NCBI GenBank assembly: GCA_965649825.1
Contig: OZ287708.1
Location: 267,411 to 331,410 of the forward strand
Length of the DNA stretch: 64,000 nt
From: Penicillus capitatus
Taxonomy: Eukaryota > Plantae > Chlorophyta
Direction of reading: 5' to 3'
Of this stretch, positions 46,375 through 60,100 are shown piece after piece; within the stretch, counting starts at the first letter, position 1; the number at the start of each line of letters is the position of its first letter. Below the pieces are notes generated by a model. That model saw nothing but the letters and a program-made list of their open reading frames with translations. It had not been told where the DNA came from and made no database searches. Made by a program: the position numbers and the translations under genes.

Positions 46375-47748
46375 ATGTCGTTGAATCTGAGGCTGTCTCC
46401 GACAGGCACTGCCGCCACAAAGTCGCGTTTCTTTCGATACCGCATTCCAGTCGCGCGAAAACCACGCACAAAACGTCTCTTGCCTCCAACCGTCGTCTGT
46501 TCCACTTCTAAAATGAAGACGAGCACCTCTACGACTCAACTCCAGCGCCTTCGCGAGATGAGTACCGTCGTCGCAGACACTGGTGAAATCGACCTCGTCA
46601 AAAAATACAGACCCGTCGACTGCACAACCAACCCAAGGCACTTCCCCTCTGCTTCCTCTTCATCCGCTTGATCTTCTCCTGCAGTTTGGTCCTGAAAGCC
46701 GTGCAGCAGAGCGAGTACGCACACTTTCTGCAGAAGGCCGTCGACGAAGAGACAGCAAATCCTGGCCCTGCCTCAAAAGAACGTCCTTATGCGAGCATCG
46801 CAGATCGTTTGGCAGTGCTGATGGGATGCGAATTACTCGATATTGTTCCCGGTCGCGTCTCGACCGAAGTCGATGCGCATCTCTCTTATGATACCGACGC
46901 AACGATCGACAAGGCACGTCGTATCGTCGAGCTCTACAAGGAGAAGGGCATCACACCTGATCGACTCTACATCAAGATCGCGTCGACATGGGAAGGCATT
47001 CGCGCGTGCGAAAAACTCAAAGCAGATGGCATTGACTGTAACATGACACTACTCTTCTCTTTTGCTCAAGTAGATCTCAGTTTGGGATCCATGGGAGTAT
47101 GTGATATCCTTCTTCCTTTAGGCAGTGGCATGTGCGCATGCAGGAGCGGAATTGATCTCGCCCTTCGTTGGACGCATTTTGGACTGGTACAAGGCGAACA
47201 CTGGCAAAGACTATGTGCCTGAAGATGATCCTGGGGTGATTTCAGTTAAGAGAATCTATCGTTACTACAAGGCATACGGCCACAAGACGATTGTTATGGC
47301 GGCTTCGTTCAGAAATGCTGGGGAGATTCGAGAACTGGCAGGGTGGAATGGACAACCACTTCCATCCTTTACGATTGGAATGTGCCACTCTTAGGTGTGA
47401 TAACATCACCATCTCTCCTGCATTGCTTGAGGAATTGGAGCAGTCGACGGAACCACTGCCGCGAAAACTGAGCCCGGACATGTTGCACTGTTTTTCAATG
47501 AGGTCTTTTCGAGTGATTCATGTCTTCTACCTACAGGGGCGGTGCCGAGGATAGCGAAATTGCCAAAATGGACGAGAAGCTCTTCAGGAAAATGCACGAA
47601 GCCGATAAGGTTAGATCGTTCTGATCATGAATGGATGCGATGTGACCGTCGAGTCTCTTAGATGGCGTTTGAGAAGCTCACGGAAGGCATCGACCGTTTC
47701 GCCGCCGATCAGAGAAAGCTCGAAGAGATAATCGGAAAACTCATCTAG
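46375..47748 (+). CDS. TAL: Transaldolase with transit-peptide-like N-terminus, spliced
   Basis: Motifs [65 protein letters not shown] and [11 protein letters not shown]. Arg/Ser/Thr-rich N-terminal extension. Confidence 0.95.
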
Positions 47749-47959
47749 ACTCTTCATTTGATGCAGCCTGTCGATGTTCTTCGAACGACCATGTATCTCC
47801 ATGATAAGCTAGCTAGCTGTGTGGTATGTCATGGATAACGACGACGACCACATATGCTGCTGCTGTAAACGAACGATTGCATGTATGCGTCTCATCAGTC
47901 ATGCACATGAGCCGTGCTTGTAACAGCGTCACAATCGATGACTTGAAGGACGGTCACAC

Positions 47960-48655
47960 TCAGCCATTCCATTTCCAGAGTCCATCGTTAAGATAATGCA
48001 CCACCTCCACACCAATCCCTTTGTTCTCTTGTCGGATCGCTTCCGTCGAGAGTTTCATGAGTCCGAGTGCCATGGCATGTTCTTTGTTTTCACCGTAGAT
48101 CGAAACAGGCTGATTCACATCCACCTGTACACAGTTCGAGATACAGCAATCTCGACAGGAAAGGACAACAACGTCACCTCATCATGGATGGTAGCTCCAG
48201 GAGATGTCAATCCCGGACACATAATATTGGCACCAGACAACACAAACTTGATGGCGCCGGTGTCCGTCCTCAGACGCGGTATCGCCTGAGGATAACGATG
48301 CACGAGTCGCAGTGTGAGAAACCAAGGACCATCTCTCTGGCAGAAACAGAGGGGAACATCTTTCAGGTAGAGGATCTGGATGTGATTGTGACTAAAGAGC
48401 CTTTCCATGAACATAAGAGAGAGAAAGCTTCGAGACAGACCACTTGGCCAACATAATAGGTTCCTTCTTCGGCAGGATCTCATCGATGACGCCGTTCTCT
48501 TGAAGGAAAGGATAGGTGTCGCACAGCTGCTCTGAGATGGACGTCTTATCCGTGCAGACCAACCAATGGTAAGTCTTACGGCGAATGTTCCGCACGACAG
48601 AGGACTTGACTTGATTCGTATTGGAGATGTCTTCTTTGGTGAATTTTTTGAACAT
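47960..48655 (-). CDS. MCTS1: MCTS1/Tma20 (PUA domain) translation reinitiation factor, spliced
   Basis: Motifs [47 protein letters not shown] and HYLNDGLW. Confidence 0.93.
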
Positions 48656-48817
48656 CTTCTTCGGCACTTTGCCTCACAGAAGCGCGATGGGACTGACGTC
48701 GTGTTCGAACGCGAATACGTTTGTCGTCGTCGACGAAATAAATGCGCCCATCAAACAATAGAAGAGTGGTGGGTCTAAATTCCACAAGGAATCGTCATCG
48801 GAAAAACGATAGAGACT

Positions 48818-50132
48818 TCAAAACAAATGAACGATGCCATCGTGCACACGAGACTTCTGATCTTGGGCCACACATTCGGCAATCCACATGATATTGCGGA
48901 TCTCTTGCTCGCGAAGCTTCATGTAAGAATAGAAGACGCCATAGTGAAACTGCTGTTCGTATCCATTCATGGCTCGATTCACCTCCTCTTCATAAAGAAG
49001 CTTGTCCAACATCTGGCTCTCTCCAAATCCCATCTACATCCATCACCATAAATTCAAACAGCATACACAAGTGAAGGGGGTACCTTGTCGAAGATAGGCA
49101 GGTATGCTGGGCATTTCTGCATTGCCGCTCTCACTTGCTCAAAGTCTTCAGCTGTTGAGAGTTCGTGGTGGCCATGAGGAAAGAGCAATCCGAAGTTGGA
49201 GTAGAGACCACGACGGTCATCGAAGGTCAGGTCTGTGCCAATGCTGTTGAGCGTGATGTTCAGTGCTCTGCGGTCCGCCTCAAAAGACAACAACTCTCCC
49301 ATCACCTCTCCTGTCGCACCTCCCAGTGTCGTGCAGAAATTGTAGAAGTCGTCCAAGTAGGACTTATAGAGGGTATTTCGCATAATCTCGACATTCATCT
49401 CATCCAAGTCTTCGGACGTAAGCGTCATAGAGAAGTAAGGAGCCAGTGGAGAATCCACAAGGACAAGCCGATAGAGTTCACGCATGTTTGTGGCAACAGC
49501 CAAAGTGGCAATGCTGTCGAACATTCCCAAAGGATGGCATTTCTCCAAAAGCTCCTATAGTAGGAAACACCAATGCATCGCATAACTAGAGGGTCTGTCA
49601 GGATTTGTACAGCGTGGTCTCTGTCGTGCATGGTGCCCGTCACAATCAGAACAACGTTGTCGATCATGTGCCCGTAGGTACAGTAATCCAAGAAGGTAGC
49701 CAGAGGTTCGTCCGCCTAGATCATATGCCAACAAGACTGATGCCGAAAGGGAGTAAGGGGTGCGAACATTGGAGCGCATTTTTTTCCAGTCGTCCACAAG
49801 CTTTTGTGTGCATCGCTCAACGATCGTACTTGTCATAAGAGGCGACGGTAAATCTGCCAAGTACTTGCCATAGTCTGTCGCCGACTAGACAACAGACTGC
49901 CGTTGCCAAGACAACGGCGAAGACGGAGCTTACGAGGTTGAGTTTGATATCTTCTAGAGACTCGCACTGGCAAAGGTTGTTATAGTCGAGATGCGTTAAC
50001 AGCCCCGACTTGTGACCGCGGACGATGGCCTCTGCGCATACAAGTGGATGGAGGGTTGGCTCGTAGAGGAACGGGGTTACCCAAGTAGCCGTCTTTGATG
50101 TTAAACGTGAGGGCCTCGAAGCCGGCAGACAT
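48818..50132 (-). CDS. VHA-d: V-ATPase V0 subunit d, spliced
   Basis: Motifs [54 protein letters not shown] and [13 protein letters not shown]. Confidence 0.96.
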
Positions 50133-50287
50133 GGCGTTTTCTAGGCAGACGGATAAAAGACTGTGACGCGACGAAGGGGCTGATGCATGAAGAGACTTGT
50201 GGATGGTGACCACCACTTCGAATACATCTCTGACGCCAAAGCGACCCTCCTCGACTTCGGTACTCCCGGAGTTGAAACGTTCGTCTG

Positions 50288-50900
50288 CTACTCAATATCT
50301 CTCTTGTGCGCCGCATACGAAGGAAGGATTTTGCAGGGGGAGGATGTCGGGGTAGGATCGGACGACCAAAGGGTTTGCTGTTGGGGGTTAGACGTGTGAT
50401 CTATGGTACGCCTTACAGATCTATTGTCTGCTCGGCAAAAGCACTCTCCACTGCAAAAACGAAAACCGTCGAGAAAACCGCCTCTCAGCCCACAGAAGGG
50501 ACTTCGATATGGACAACGGCGGCGCAGTTCATGCATCGCTGTGGCAACAGATGTCTTTCAGTAAGAGATCGGATCCAGTCCGATATGCAGTCCGTCGATG
50601 CAGAGGCAATGAAGCACATCGACAGCCGGCACGCGAAATGCTGAATGTCCAAATCTGTAGGCAGTCAATGCTCAGATCAAAGAGTCCGTCAAACACATGC
50701 GGATAATGGCCGTTGTCCTCCCTTTTGCATCGACGAGCGGCGTGCATGCTCTCATTCTCGTCACTAAAGCAGTCTCCAGTTTCATCAACGTCAACTCCTT
50801 TGTTCATCTGCGAGATCTGTGCCGATGATGTGACTGTTGTCAGGTCTACCTGCTGCTGTTGTTCATCCGCGTGCTTCTGAGTTGGTTCCCCACCTTTCAA
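50288..50900 (-). CDS. Possible Cys-rich hypothetical protein
   Basis: Two consecutive minus-strand ORFs (50529-50900, 50288-50536) with clustered Cys; no family recognised. Confidence 0.25.
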
Positions 50901-51977
50901 TGGGACAAGAATCCATGGATCATTCTGAGACAGGTCGAATAAATGCTCACCGATCTTCGCTTCTTGCAGTCTGTCTGCCTGTTGTAGGTAACGGATCCTT
51001 ACTTAAACTTGTTTCGTGGGCTCATACCGCCTCTTCTCGGGACAATCGATTTCACACCACTACTCGGCTTCTTTATTCTCCAGTGGTTATCTGGAAGTCT
51101 GACACTCAGCAACGAAGAGGAATATTGGTGAAGAGAATCTAAAATCGGTGGACAGATGATAATCTGATCGCAACCTAAAGTGAAAACGGCCAACTCCACT
51201 TTTCGCGTTTGTTTCAAGTGACAGTGTCCTTGAATTGTATCGGACATGTTTAGAGAACAGCATATTCTGCAGAGTCTCCTGACATAATGGTCGTAGGCCC
51301 TTTCACTTGTGGAAGTGATCCTTAAAGATTTAGATGACTTTCTTTGTCTTTGGTGTTGCGATAACATGAGAGCAACATGCGTTTATACCAAAGACACAGT
51401 TTTGTTAGGAACCAAAATAGAAGAGCAGTAGAAAAGGCAAAGATAGACGAAGTGCAATCGCATTGTGCATAAAGTGAGTGTCTTTTCTCAGACGCGCCGA
51501 TTGAAGCGCCGAACTGTTCTGTCGATTCCCCTTTCACTTCTGTCTCAGCCTATCTATCGTCGAAGACGGAATGAGGTGACTTGCTTTCTTTGACAATGCA
51601 GACAGGAGAAATAGTAATCTGTGGCGAATTACAAATATGCATGGACTATCGGCGATGGCAATTCGAATGCAAAGAGACGCGGGAATATAAACAAGGATAG
51701 AATATCTTTCGCTGTCAAAAACTGTACAAAAGGTAAAGAACGTCGTGTGATCCACTTGCATACATGAAAAAATGACAAAAAAGGAAATGACATGCTCGCG
51801 CAAATAAAATCGATGAACAAATACATGAATGACAAAAGTCCCGTGTTTGTATAAAATCAGCCACTCAAGAGGCATCCCCTACGTCTTCCACAGTAAGACG
51901 TCAGCTCAATATCACCGCTTACGTAGACAAGTCCGATACCTTTCGGCCCGTGAAACTTGTGTGCTCAACCTACTGTG

Positions 51978-54858
51978 CAGCCTGAGGGTCTCTGCTTTTG
52001 ACAAAGTAAGCGGCATCGTAGACGGATTCCGAGCCGAAGCGGCCTCTTGAGACGCAAGCTGCTCCACGCCATCTTCTTGACTGTCTGGTTCGTCTGTTTG
52101 GCATTCGTCGATGCTGATGCTGCTTCGTCTGCGAGAAGCTCGGGCTTCTCCCTCAGCAGATCCAAAAATCCCTCGAACATCTAGGAAACGGCCTCCTGTC
52201 ATCGAGACTGCGACGCTGCGGCACTACCGTCATGAACACCGCCTGAAAGCGACTGAGCGCGTCAGAATCATCGACGTGTGCGTTACGCTCCTGTCACCGC
52301 ACAGCAGCAGTATCCGACACAGCGCCTGCGACAGATAAGATTTATTTTGCCGTCGCCGTTTGTGCGTGTGGGATCTTTGCCTCCGCAAAGGAGGTCGCTT
52401 GATCAGAGGAACTGGAGAAGTCCGCATCGAACGCATTCCGGATGGCGCCGATCGACTCCTTCGAAGAAACCATCTCTCCCAGACAATGCAGCTTGGCCGT
52501 CTCTGAAGACGGTACCTCCCGACCTGCCTGCGCATCCTCCACCTCCAGCATATCTTCATCACGATGACGTCCATTGTCGATAGACACGTGAACCAGTGTT
52601 CGCAGCGGTGGCCCATCGCCAGCGTCGACAGTGCGTCACCGGCGTACATAGCGCAGCCCAAAGCGAGCAGTCCGCCTGCGGGTCATCCACCAAACCCGAT
52701 CCTGCCGCGGCAGATGCGGCCGATAGAAATCGTAGCCGCTCGGCACAAGCCAATGAGATCTACGCGGTCGAGAGAGACCATGGCCAGCAACGACAGAACG
52801 TTGCCTATATGCTGCGCCGCCGCCCAAAAGCGAGCAGTCCGCCTGCGGGTCATCCACCAAACCCGATCCTGCCGCGGCAGAAGCGGCCGATAGAAATCGT
52901 AGCCGCTCGGCACAAGCCAATGAGATCTACGCGGTCGAGAGAGACCATGGCCAGCAACGACAGAACGTCGCCAATCTGCTGCGCCGCCGCCCAAAGCGAG
53001 CAGTCCGCCTGCGGGTCATCCACCAAACCCGATCCTGCCGCGGCAGAAGCGGCTGATAGAAATCGTAGCCGCTCGGCACAAGCCAATGAGATCTACGCGG
53101 TCGAGAGAGACCATGGCCAGCAACGACAGAACGTTGCCTATATGCTGCGCCGCCGCCCAAAAGCGAGCAGTCCGCCTGCGGGTCATCCACCAAACCCGAT
53201 CCTGCCGCGGCAGAAGCGGCCGATAGAAATCGTAGCCGCTCGGCACAAGCCAATGAGATCTACGCGGTCGAGAGAGACCATGGCCAGCAACGACAGAACG
53301 TCGCCAATCTGCTGCGCCGCCGCCCAAAGCGAGCAGTCCGCCTGCGGGTCATCCACCAAACCCGATCCTGCCGCGGCAGAAGCGGCTGATAGAAATCGTA
53401 GCCGCTCGGCACAAGCCAATGAGATCTACGCGGTCGAGAGAGACCATGGCCAGCAACGACAGAACGTTGCCTATATGCTGCGCCGCCGCCCAAAAGCGAG
53501 CAGTCCGCCTGCGGGTCATCCACCAAACCCGATCCTGCCGCGGCAGAAGCGGCCGATAGAAATCGTAGCCGCTCGGCACAAGCCAATGAGATCTACGCGG
53601 TCGAGAGAGACCATGGCCAGCAACGACAGAACGTCGCCAATCTGCTGCGCCGCCGCCCAAAGCGAGCAGTCCGCCTGCGGGTCATCCACCAAACCCGATC
53701 CTGCCGCGGCAGAAGCGGCTGATAGAAATCGTAGCCGCTCGGCACAAGCCAATGAGATCTACGCGGTCGAGAGAGACCATGGCCAGCAACGACAGAACGT
53801 CGCCAATCTGCTGCGCCGCCGCCCAAAGCGAGCAGTCCGCCTGCGGGTCATCCACCAAACCCGATCCTGCCGCGGCAGAAGCGGCCGATAGAAATCGTGC
53901 TGCGGATGTTCAGCTCAAGCCTCGGCAGGAAATGGAATTCGGAAAGCAGGAGGTCTGCTGTAAAGCGACCAAGCATAGATGAAGGGGATGTGATACTTAC
54001 GTGCTGCGCAAATTTGCAGTAGAGAGGCAGGACATCTTCAGAGTCAACGCCGAAGAAGGCCGCGCCTCCTCACGGAAGAGCGATGAGCGTCGAGTAGACT
54101 ATGAAGTCTGTGTAGGGCTGCCAGGAACGTCCACTCGCATCATCGGCAGTCTGAGTGATCGCCATGGCTGAGTCCACTATCTGGTTGAGCAGCGCCCGAA
54201 CGCAGACTGCATCCAGCACCTGGACAGAGGCCAGATGAACAAAGAACCGCAAGAGCATCCGCGATCGAATGCGGTCGGAATCCTGCATGGCCGAGCAGAA
54301 CACCGCCTTCATTCTCTCAAGCAACCCCGTCACCCATTCGCGGTGCCCGTTGCGCCACAAAGAAACTGAAAATCCGTCTATCGTTGGTTCATTGCAACCG
54401 GGTGGGGCAACTGACCTATCAGAGATGCGTAATGGGGCGTCCTCGATGGAAGCTCGACCACACAGTCCACCAGGCATTCGTGCACCTGTTGTGACGAAAT
54501 TTGATGCCGGCGTACCACGGGAGGGCTGGACGTTACCGTCTCTCTGTGACTGGCCATGAACTCCTGCAGCTGCTGGACGAGTGCCGAGAGGCGTTGCTCG
54601 TTGACGTCTTGGTTCTTCTGCAGGGCGCCCTTTCAGAGGCCAGGGCGAGGGTGGGAATACGTTGTTGAGTTCGAGAAGGATTTGAACGACGCGCTGCTCG
54701 GCTGTAGGGACGGCGCGCGCCCGATTACGCTTGAAGATGCGACTCTTGCGCTCGTAGGCACGGCGTCGCTGGTTGTGAGCGTCTCCGCGGTCGAGAAAGC
54801 GTTCGTCGCCGCGCGGACGATCGCGCTTGCGCGCTGCGGACTCACGGTCGCTGTACAT
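51978..54858 (-). pseudogene. NCBP1: Disrupted NCBP1 duplicate
   Basis: TGG to TGA in LPW (54070-54072). The middle ~1.2 kb is replaced by unrelated sequence including a tandem repeat. 517-bp and 105-bp deletions relative to the left copy. Confidence 0.9.
52652..53897. repeat. 167/166-bp alternating tandem repeat (333-bp higher-order dimer), ~7.5 monomers
   Basis: CACAAGCCAATGAG recurs at 52744, 52911, 53077, 53244, 53410, 53577 and 53743. Confidence 0.96.
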
Positions 54859-55165
54859 GGGAGGGAGCTCGCAGACTGGGCGAAGAATGGAACAGTCTGC
54901 TTCACGCCGGATGACGTCATGTCCACTCACTCGAGCAGACGCATCTCATAGAACGAACGCGCAAGTTCGGCGAGCGTAGCTTCCTGCGGACGCCGACGCA
55001 TTCTGAAACTACTTTTTCTTAAACAATCACTGGGACAACCTCTAAGGAGATTGAAAGAAGCATCATAGCCCGTGTCAAAATACACGAAAGAGAAACCATT
55101 AAAAGAATGCTGAGCCATTCAGAAGACACAGTGGTGAACTGTAAATATATCGACAGAGCTGATGC

Positions 55166-55787
55166 TTAGGACGAGCCGATATACTGGAGGTCGTGTCGCG
55201 AGAGTGTTGTGAACGGCAGAGTGCCGTTGTTGCGGATGACATAGGGTCCTGTCATTGTGGCCTCTCCATCGTAATGCCAGACAAATGGTTCGACGACGGG
55301 AGGCGTGGAGACAGTCAGAGTGCCCGTTATGGCACAGAGCTCTTCGTTGAATATGCCGATAATTGAGTAGATCAGGGGAAACCCGACGGGAATGGCTGGA
55401 TTCTGGGGATTCGCAAAAATCCCCCCGCCAATTCCTGAACAGCAAAGAAACACAGCTTGATACGGAGTCTCGATAGAGACAGCAAACACTCTACCTGTGT
55501 AGACTCCTGGAATATTTGTCGTCGTGATCGTCAGAACCGTACGCGCTTGTGCGAACAGCGTGGTTTCGTTCGGTGCATTTGGAAAGTTGTGTACGACGAG
55601 CCAGTTTCCTGTGGGAGGCGGCGAACAATCAGATACTGTGGCATTAGGCGACCCTTGTGCAGGAGTTCTGCCCGCTTCTGCCGCAGTGATGCAAAGGATT
55701 GCCAACGCGGTGACTAAGCCTGCATGCAGTACGGGTAAGTAACAAACACGCAATGAGGGAGCTGCGTGCACCTCTGATGAGTGCCAT
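55166..55787 (-). CDS. Unknown secreted protein, copy 2
   Basis: Same exon/intron layout as 34581-35202; intact; 19 substitutions counted by eye over ~189 aa. Confidence 0.75.
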
Positions 55788-56712
55788 GTTCGAACGGCTC
55801 GTTAGAGAAAGCTTCGAAAATCCTTGAGAGAGTCGACGAAAGAATAAAACCTTATGCGCTGTAGTATGAATGGATGTAAGAGCGCCCTCAGAATAAATAC
55901 ATGGCATTATCCTTCGCCTTCGAGGCAGCAACCGAAATCTAACCGAAAAGGCCGCGTTAAGATTCTCTCGGTGGATGCCATGCATGGTATCACTGCCACA
56001 GAGGACGTAGAGCGGCTGACAGTCCATTTGCAGCGAGCCTGAGCAAGTATTATGAAAAGATCACTGCGAAGATGCCGACGTTGCATAGTGTGGGTGGGAC
56101 ATGGCCTAGTCGCTCGAATCTTAAGACTATATATGGACCGTCAAACGCATGTCCTTTCAGATGTCACGTCTTCAAGGCGCTGGCTTCATCGTGGCCACAT
56201 GGATGAAACCCATGTGTGGTTCATGACAGGATGGTCGACAGCACTCGCACTTGCTGTCAACACATCTTAGAGAATCTTATCGCAGCCCATAGACGGCAAT
56301 CGTCGAGCTTCAAAATGCCTCTCGGTTCTCAAGAACTGGAACGGGTCCCTGACCATCCGACTCAGATGCTGAACTCTCCCAGGATCCATTCATTAGAGGG
56401 ACCAGTTGCCAGATGCCTCTGCGCAACGGACGAGGCAGAAGTAGAAACGCCCATACCTTTGGGTCATTCTCACCAATATCTTTTCTCCCTTCTCATCTGT
56501 CCATTTTTCAGCCAGAGAGACCGAAGGTGTAATGGTGGGTGATCACGATGTTCTCAGTGACCGAGAGAACTTTCCTAACACACTGCCCATTGGCAGTATT
56601 TTCACTTGACCTGTCATTTCATGACTCCGATGACATCGGATGCACTGCTGTAGGCGAATTCAGTAATAAAGAGAGACAGACATCCAATCGAAGTTTTTTA
56701 CACGTTTTTCAG

Positions 56713-57089
56713 TCAACGTGCAGATTTTGCCGAAGGCGTCTCCGGAATGGACAAGTAACGATGCATAGATATTCGGTGATGCAGCCGCGGATAAGGAATA
56801 CCGTAATGCATGGCCATTTCCAAACGGCTCTCTCCCTCAAACAACTAACTGACCACAGTGCTTCATGCTGCATTCTGTCGTCTTACTTTTTGCGCGATCT
56901 GATCCGGGTCCGTCAGCGACCGGTTCTCGCGAAACCGTGCCCGAGCTTCGTCAAGAATATACGCCTTCTCCTAGCTTTAACTTCACGAGTGGGGAGATTT
57001 TAAGCAAAAGGACCTTCGGAGGACCCGTCCACGTTTGTCGCGCTCTCAGAATACGACGAAAGAGTGAGAACACCTGTGCTCGTCCCATG
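56713..57089 (-). CDS. LYRM1: LYR-motif protein LYRM1, 3 exons
   Basis: The spliced product reads MGRAQVFSLFRRILRARQTW...-EKAYILDEARARFRENRSLTDPDQIAQK-LFEGESRLEMAMHYGIPYPRLHH. Confidence 0.85.
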
Positions 57090-57154
57090 GACGAAGGACT
57101 GCCGAAAACGATGAACGGCGATAGGACGTGTGGGTACGTTCGGTTCCTCACCGT

Positions 57155-60100
57155 ATGGCGGGTCCCGTTGAATTTGTAGCCTTTGACGACACGACGCGCC
57201 GTTTCGATGTGCGCCAGGGAGCACTGGATGTCCTTCGCGCCATCGACGGCCCTATTGCCGTCATTTCCATGAGCGGCCGAGCCCGCGAAGGAAAAAGCTT
57301 CATCCTGAATCAACTTCTTGGCCAGAACGGAGCTTTTAAGGTCGCCTCCACTCAACGTCCCTGCACCAAAGGGATCTGGCTTTGGTCCAAACCCATTCCA
57401 CGTTTCACGAACGACGGCTTTGGATTTCATCTCGTACAATCATGCATTGCTCTCACCGTATCGTCATGGCGGTATGCAGGTTCTCATGGATACTGAAGGA
57501 GTCGATGCTTATGATCAGGTGTGATGTTTGGGTGCCTAAGCGATTTTTCAGGATTCTATGGTAGACAGGACAGTATAGCACGCAAGTCTTTTGCCTAGCC
57601 GTTTTGCTGGCAAGTATCTTTGTATTCAATCAAATGGGTCCAATCAATGAATCCTCGCTCAATCAGCTCTCACTTGTCTCTGAAATGACAAAGCGCGTAC
57701 GGAGTCGTGCTGATCAAAGTGGCCGTCCCTCTATTCTGTGGCATCTGATTTGGAGAATGTTCGATAGATTCTGCGGAGCAGCAGGCCCATCAGGAATTCG
57801 CCCCTGCATTCATTTGGCTTCTTCGCGATTTCTACCTGGATCTGAACGAAGGAGGCGAGAAGGTGCGGCCGTCTTCTCTCTGTTTTATTGTTAAATCGAG
57901 TGGAAAGCATAGATTGAGCCAAAGACTTATCTGGAGATCGTATTGCGACATATCGAAGGAGGCGGTGACGGAGTGGCAGCGAAGAACCAGATTCGCGAAT
58001 CCATCAAGTCACTCTTTCCTGATCGAGATTGCTGTATGCTGGTCCGTCCTGTCAGCGACGAATCGCATCTTGTCCAGCTCGATGCCTTGCCGCAATCAGC
58101 ATTGCGGCCAGAATTCCGCGATGTCTGTACTGCAGATCGCTGTTGTGAGTCTGCATCCCAGAGTGGTATTGTGATAGGGTTTGCAGAATCTCATGTCTAT
58201 GTTGCAAGCGAAGACGCAGCCAAAGAAACTGGGAAACACGTTCGTGACGGGGAGAATGTTAGCTGGTCTTGCAGAGGCTTATGTCAAGGCCATCAATGAA
58301 GGTGCTGTGCCATCCATCTCTTCTGCATGGATGGTACGTCTTCCTGGCTAATGGACGGATTCTCTTCTACTTAAGCTTCACTCAGAGCGTGGCGGATGCG
58401 GAGACCCGACGTGCAATGGACGCTGCGGAGAAAAAATACGACGAAGCATTTGACACATCGATTCAAGCTGACGAGAGTGTCCTTCATACAGAGCACCAAG
58501 TCTCAAATCCTGGCATCTGTATGCGACGAATGCTAATCCATTTATGTTCTCAGAGATGTCTTGCTCTGGCAAGAATGGTTTTCGATGAAGTGGCTATTGG
58601 AGACGATGCTATGAAGAAGACATACGAGACCAAACTTTTTCACACTATCGGGAAACGTTTCGACCTTTTCAGAGAGAAAAAATATGCTGAAGCTGCTGCA
58701 CAGATGGATTCGATGCTCATGCAAATTGCGGCCGATCTTACACAGGTATTGCATCTGCCAATCTCGTCCGTTTGCAGGGCACGCATCTTGACAAGACTGT
58801 TTGCCTTTGCAGACGGCGACTGAGATGAACACCAGTGACTGGTGTCAGCACGGCAGGCAACTTTTGGATAAGTTTGAACGTACGGCAGTCAGTCCCAGTA
58901 AATGGGAAAAGCTTTCAGGATTTGTCATCAACCATTTCGCAGTACTGTTGTGTCAGAAAGCCACACAGGCAGAAAATGCAGCAGCATCTGCCAAAGAAGC
59001 CCACCAAAAAGTACAGACGCATAAAGCGATCCCCTGTAGTCTTAGTGAGCGTGGTTTTTAGGTTTTGGACGATTTACAGAAACAGGCAAAAGACGAGGAC
59101 CGTCGTTTCGAAGAGATGGAGGCAAACTACAGCGAACTCCACGCTTGCCATACATCCTTGATTAATGAATCCGGCCGAGACAAGGCCGAATTAGAGAATC
59201 TAAAGACGAGTCTACAGTCTATAGAACAGGAAAAGGCGCAGATTCAAGAAATGCTCCAGCATTCACAGATTGACCTCGACAAGATATCCAAGGAACAGAC
59301 CATGCTGAACGTCAAACTGGAGCACGGGACCGTTCAGTTCAAGCAGCAGCAGGAAGCGCTCCGTAAGTGGATGAATTGATTCTTGCGTGTTGTTCTGAGC
59401 CATGTGTATCAAGATCAAGCCCAAAAAGATGCAGAGGCCGCTCGACTCTCTGAAGAATCTCAACGACGTGACAGCCACGTGGAGTTGACGAGATACCAGA
59501 CACAGATCGATGAGCTACAACGGGAAAGAGATCAGCTGAGAGATGGCTGGAACGATGAACGACAATCGACAGAACATAGAATCAGCATGGGACAGATGCA
59601 ATTAGTTCGTGCTACTCATCTGCCGGACACAACCAGAATCGGTGTGGTGCAGGATCAGCTGACGAAAAGATTGGACGAGGCATTGAAAACGAATGCGGAT
59701 TTGCAACAACAGATCAGTCATCTCCAGTTTGCCTCTCAGAGAACAGAAGGGAGGCAGCGTTCGTCCGTCGATGGCAGATCCGAGATGGAATTGGAGTTGG
59801 CCCGGGTGACAAAGGCCCTTCGAGATGCAGAAGAGAAGATCAAGATGCTGGAAGAAGGCTCATGGACTCAACCAGCTGAAAACCGTGGCATGCCCAAAAA
59901 CGGCAAGTAACCTGCATGAGTCAAATGTCTTTTGATTCCGGCGTACATTAGATGCATCCAATCGGCGCACACGCCCTTCTGTTGCCGCATCTGCAGAGGC
60001 AAGATCGAGGAGAATGCTTGAGGAAGAGGTGAATGGAATGACGATTGCTGAATTGAAGGACTGGCTCATGCAGCATGACCATGAAGAGATCGTATGGGAA

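Larger units (their letters stand above)
51978..56688. repeat. Right arm of inverted segmental duplication
   Basis: Reverse-complement match to 33685-38722, with an internal replacement and two deletions. Confidence 0.93.

Noticed and set aside
24617-47748. Non-standard genetic code (TAA/TAG = Gln, as in some ulvophyte algae)
   Set aside because: LIAS and VPS26 end at TAA and transaldolase at TAG at plausible C-termini, and conserved genes show no in-frame TAR.
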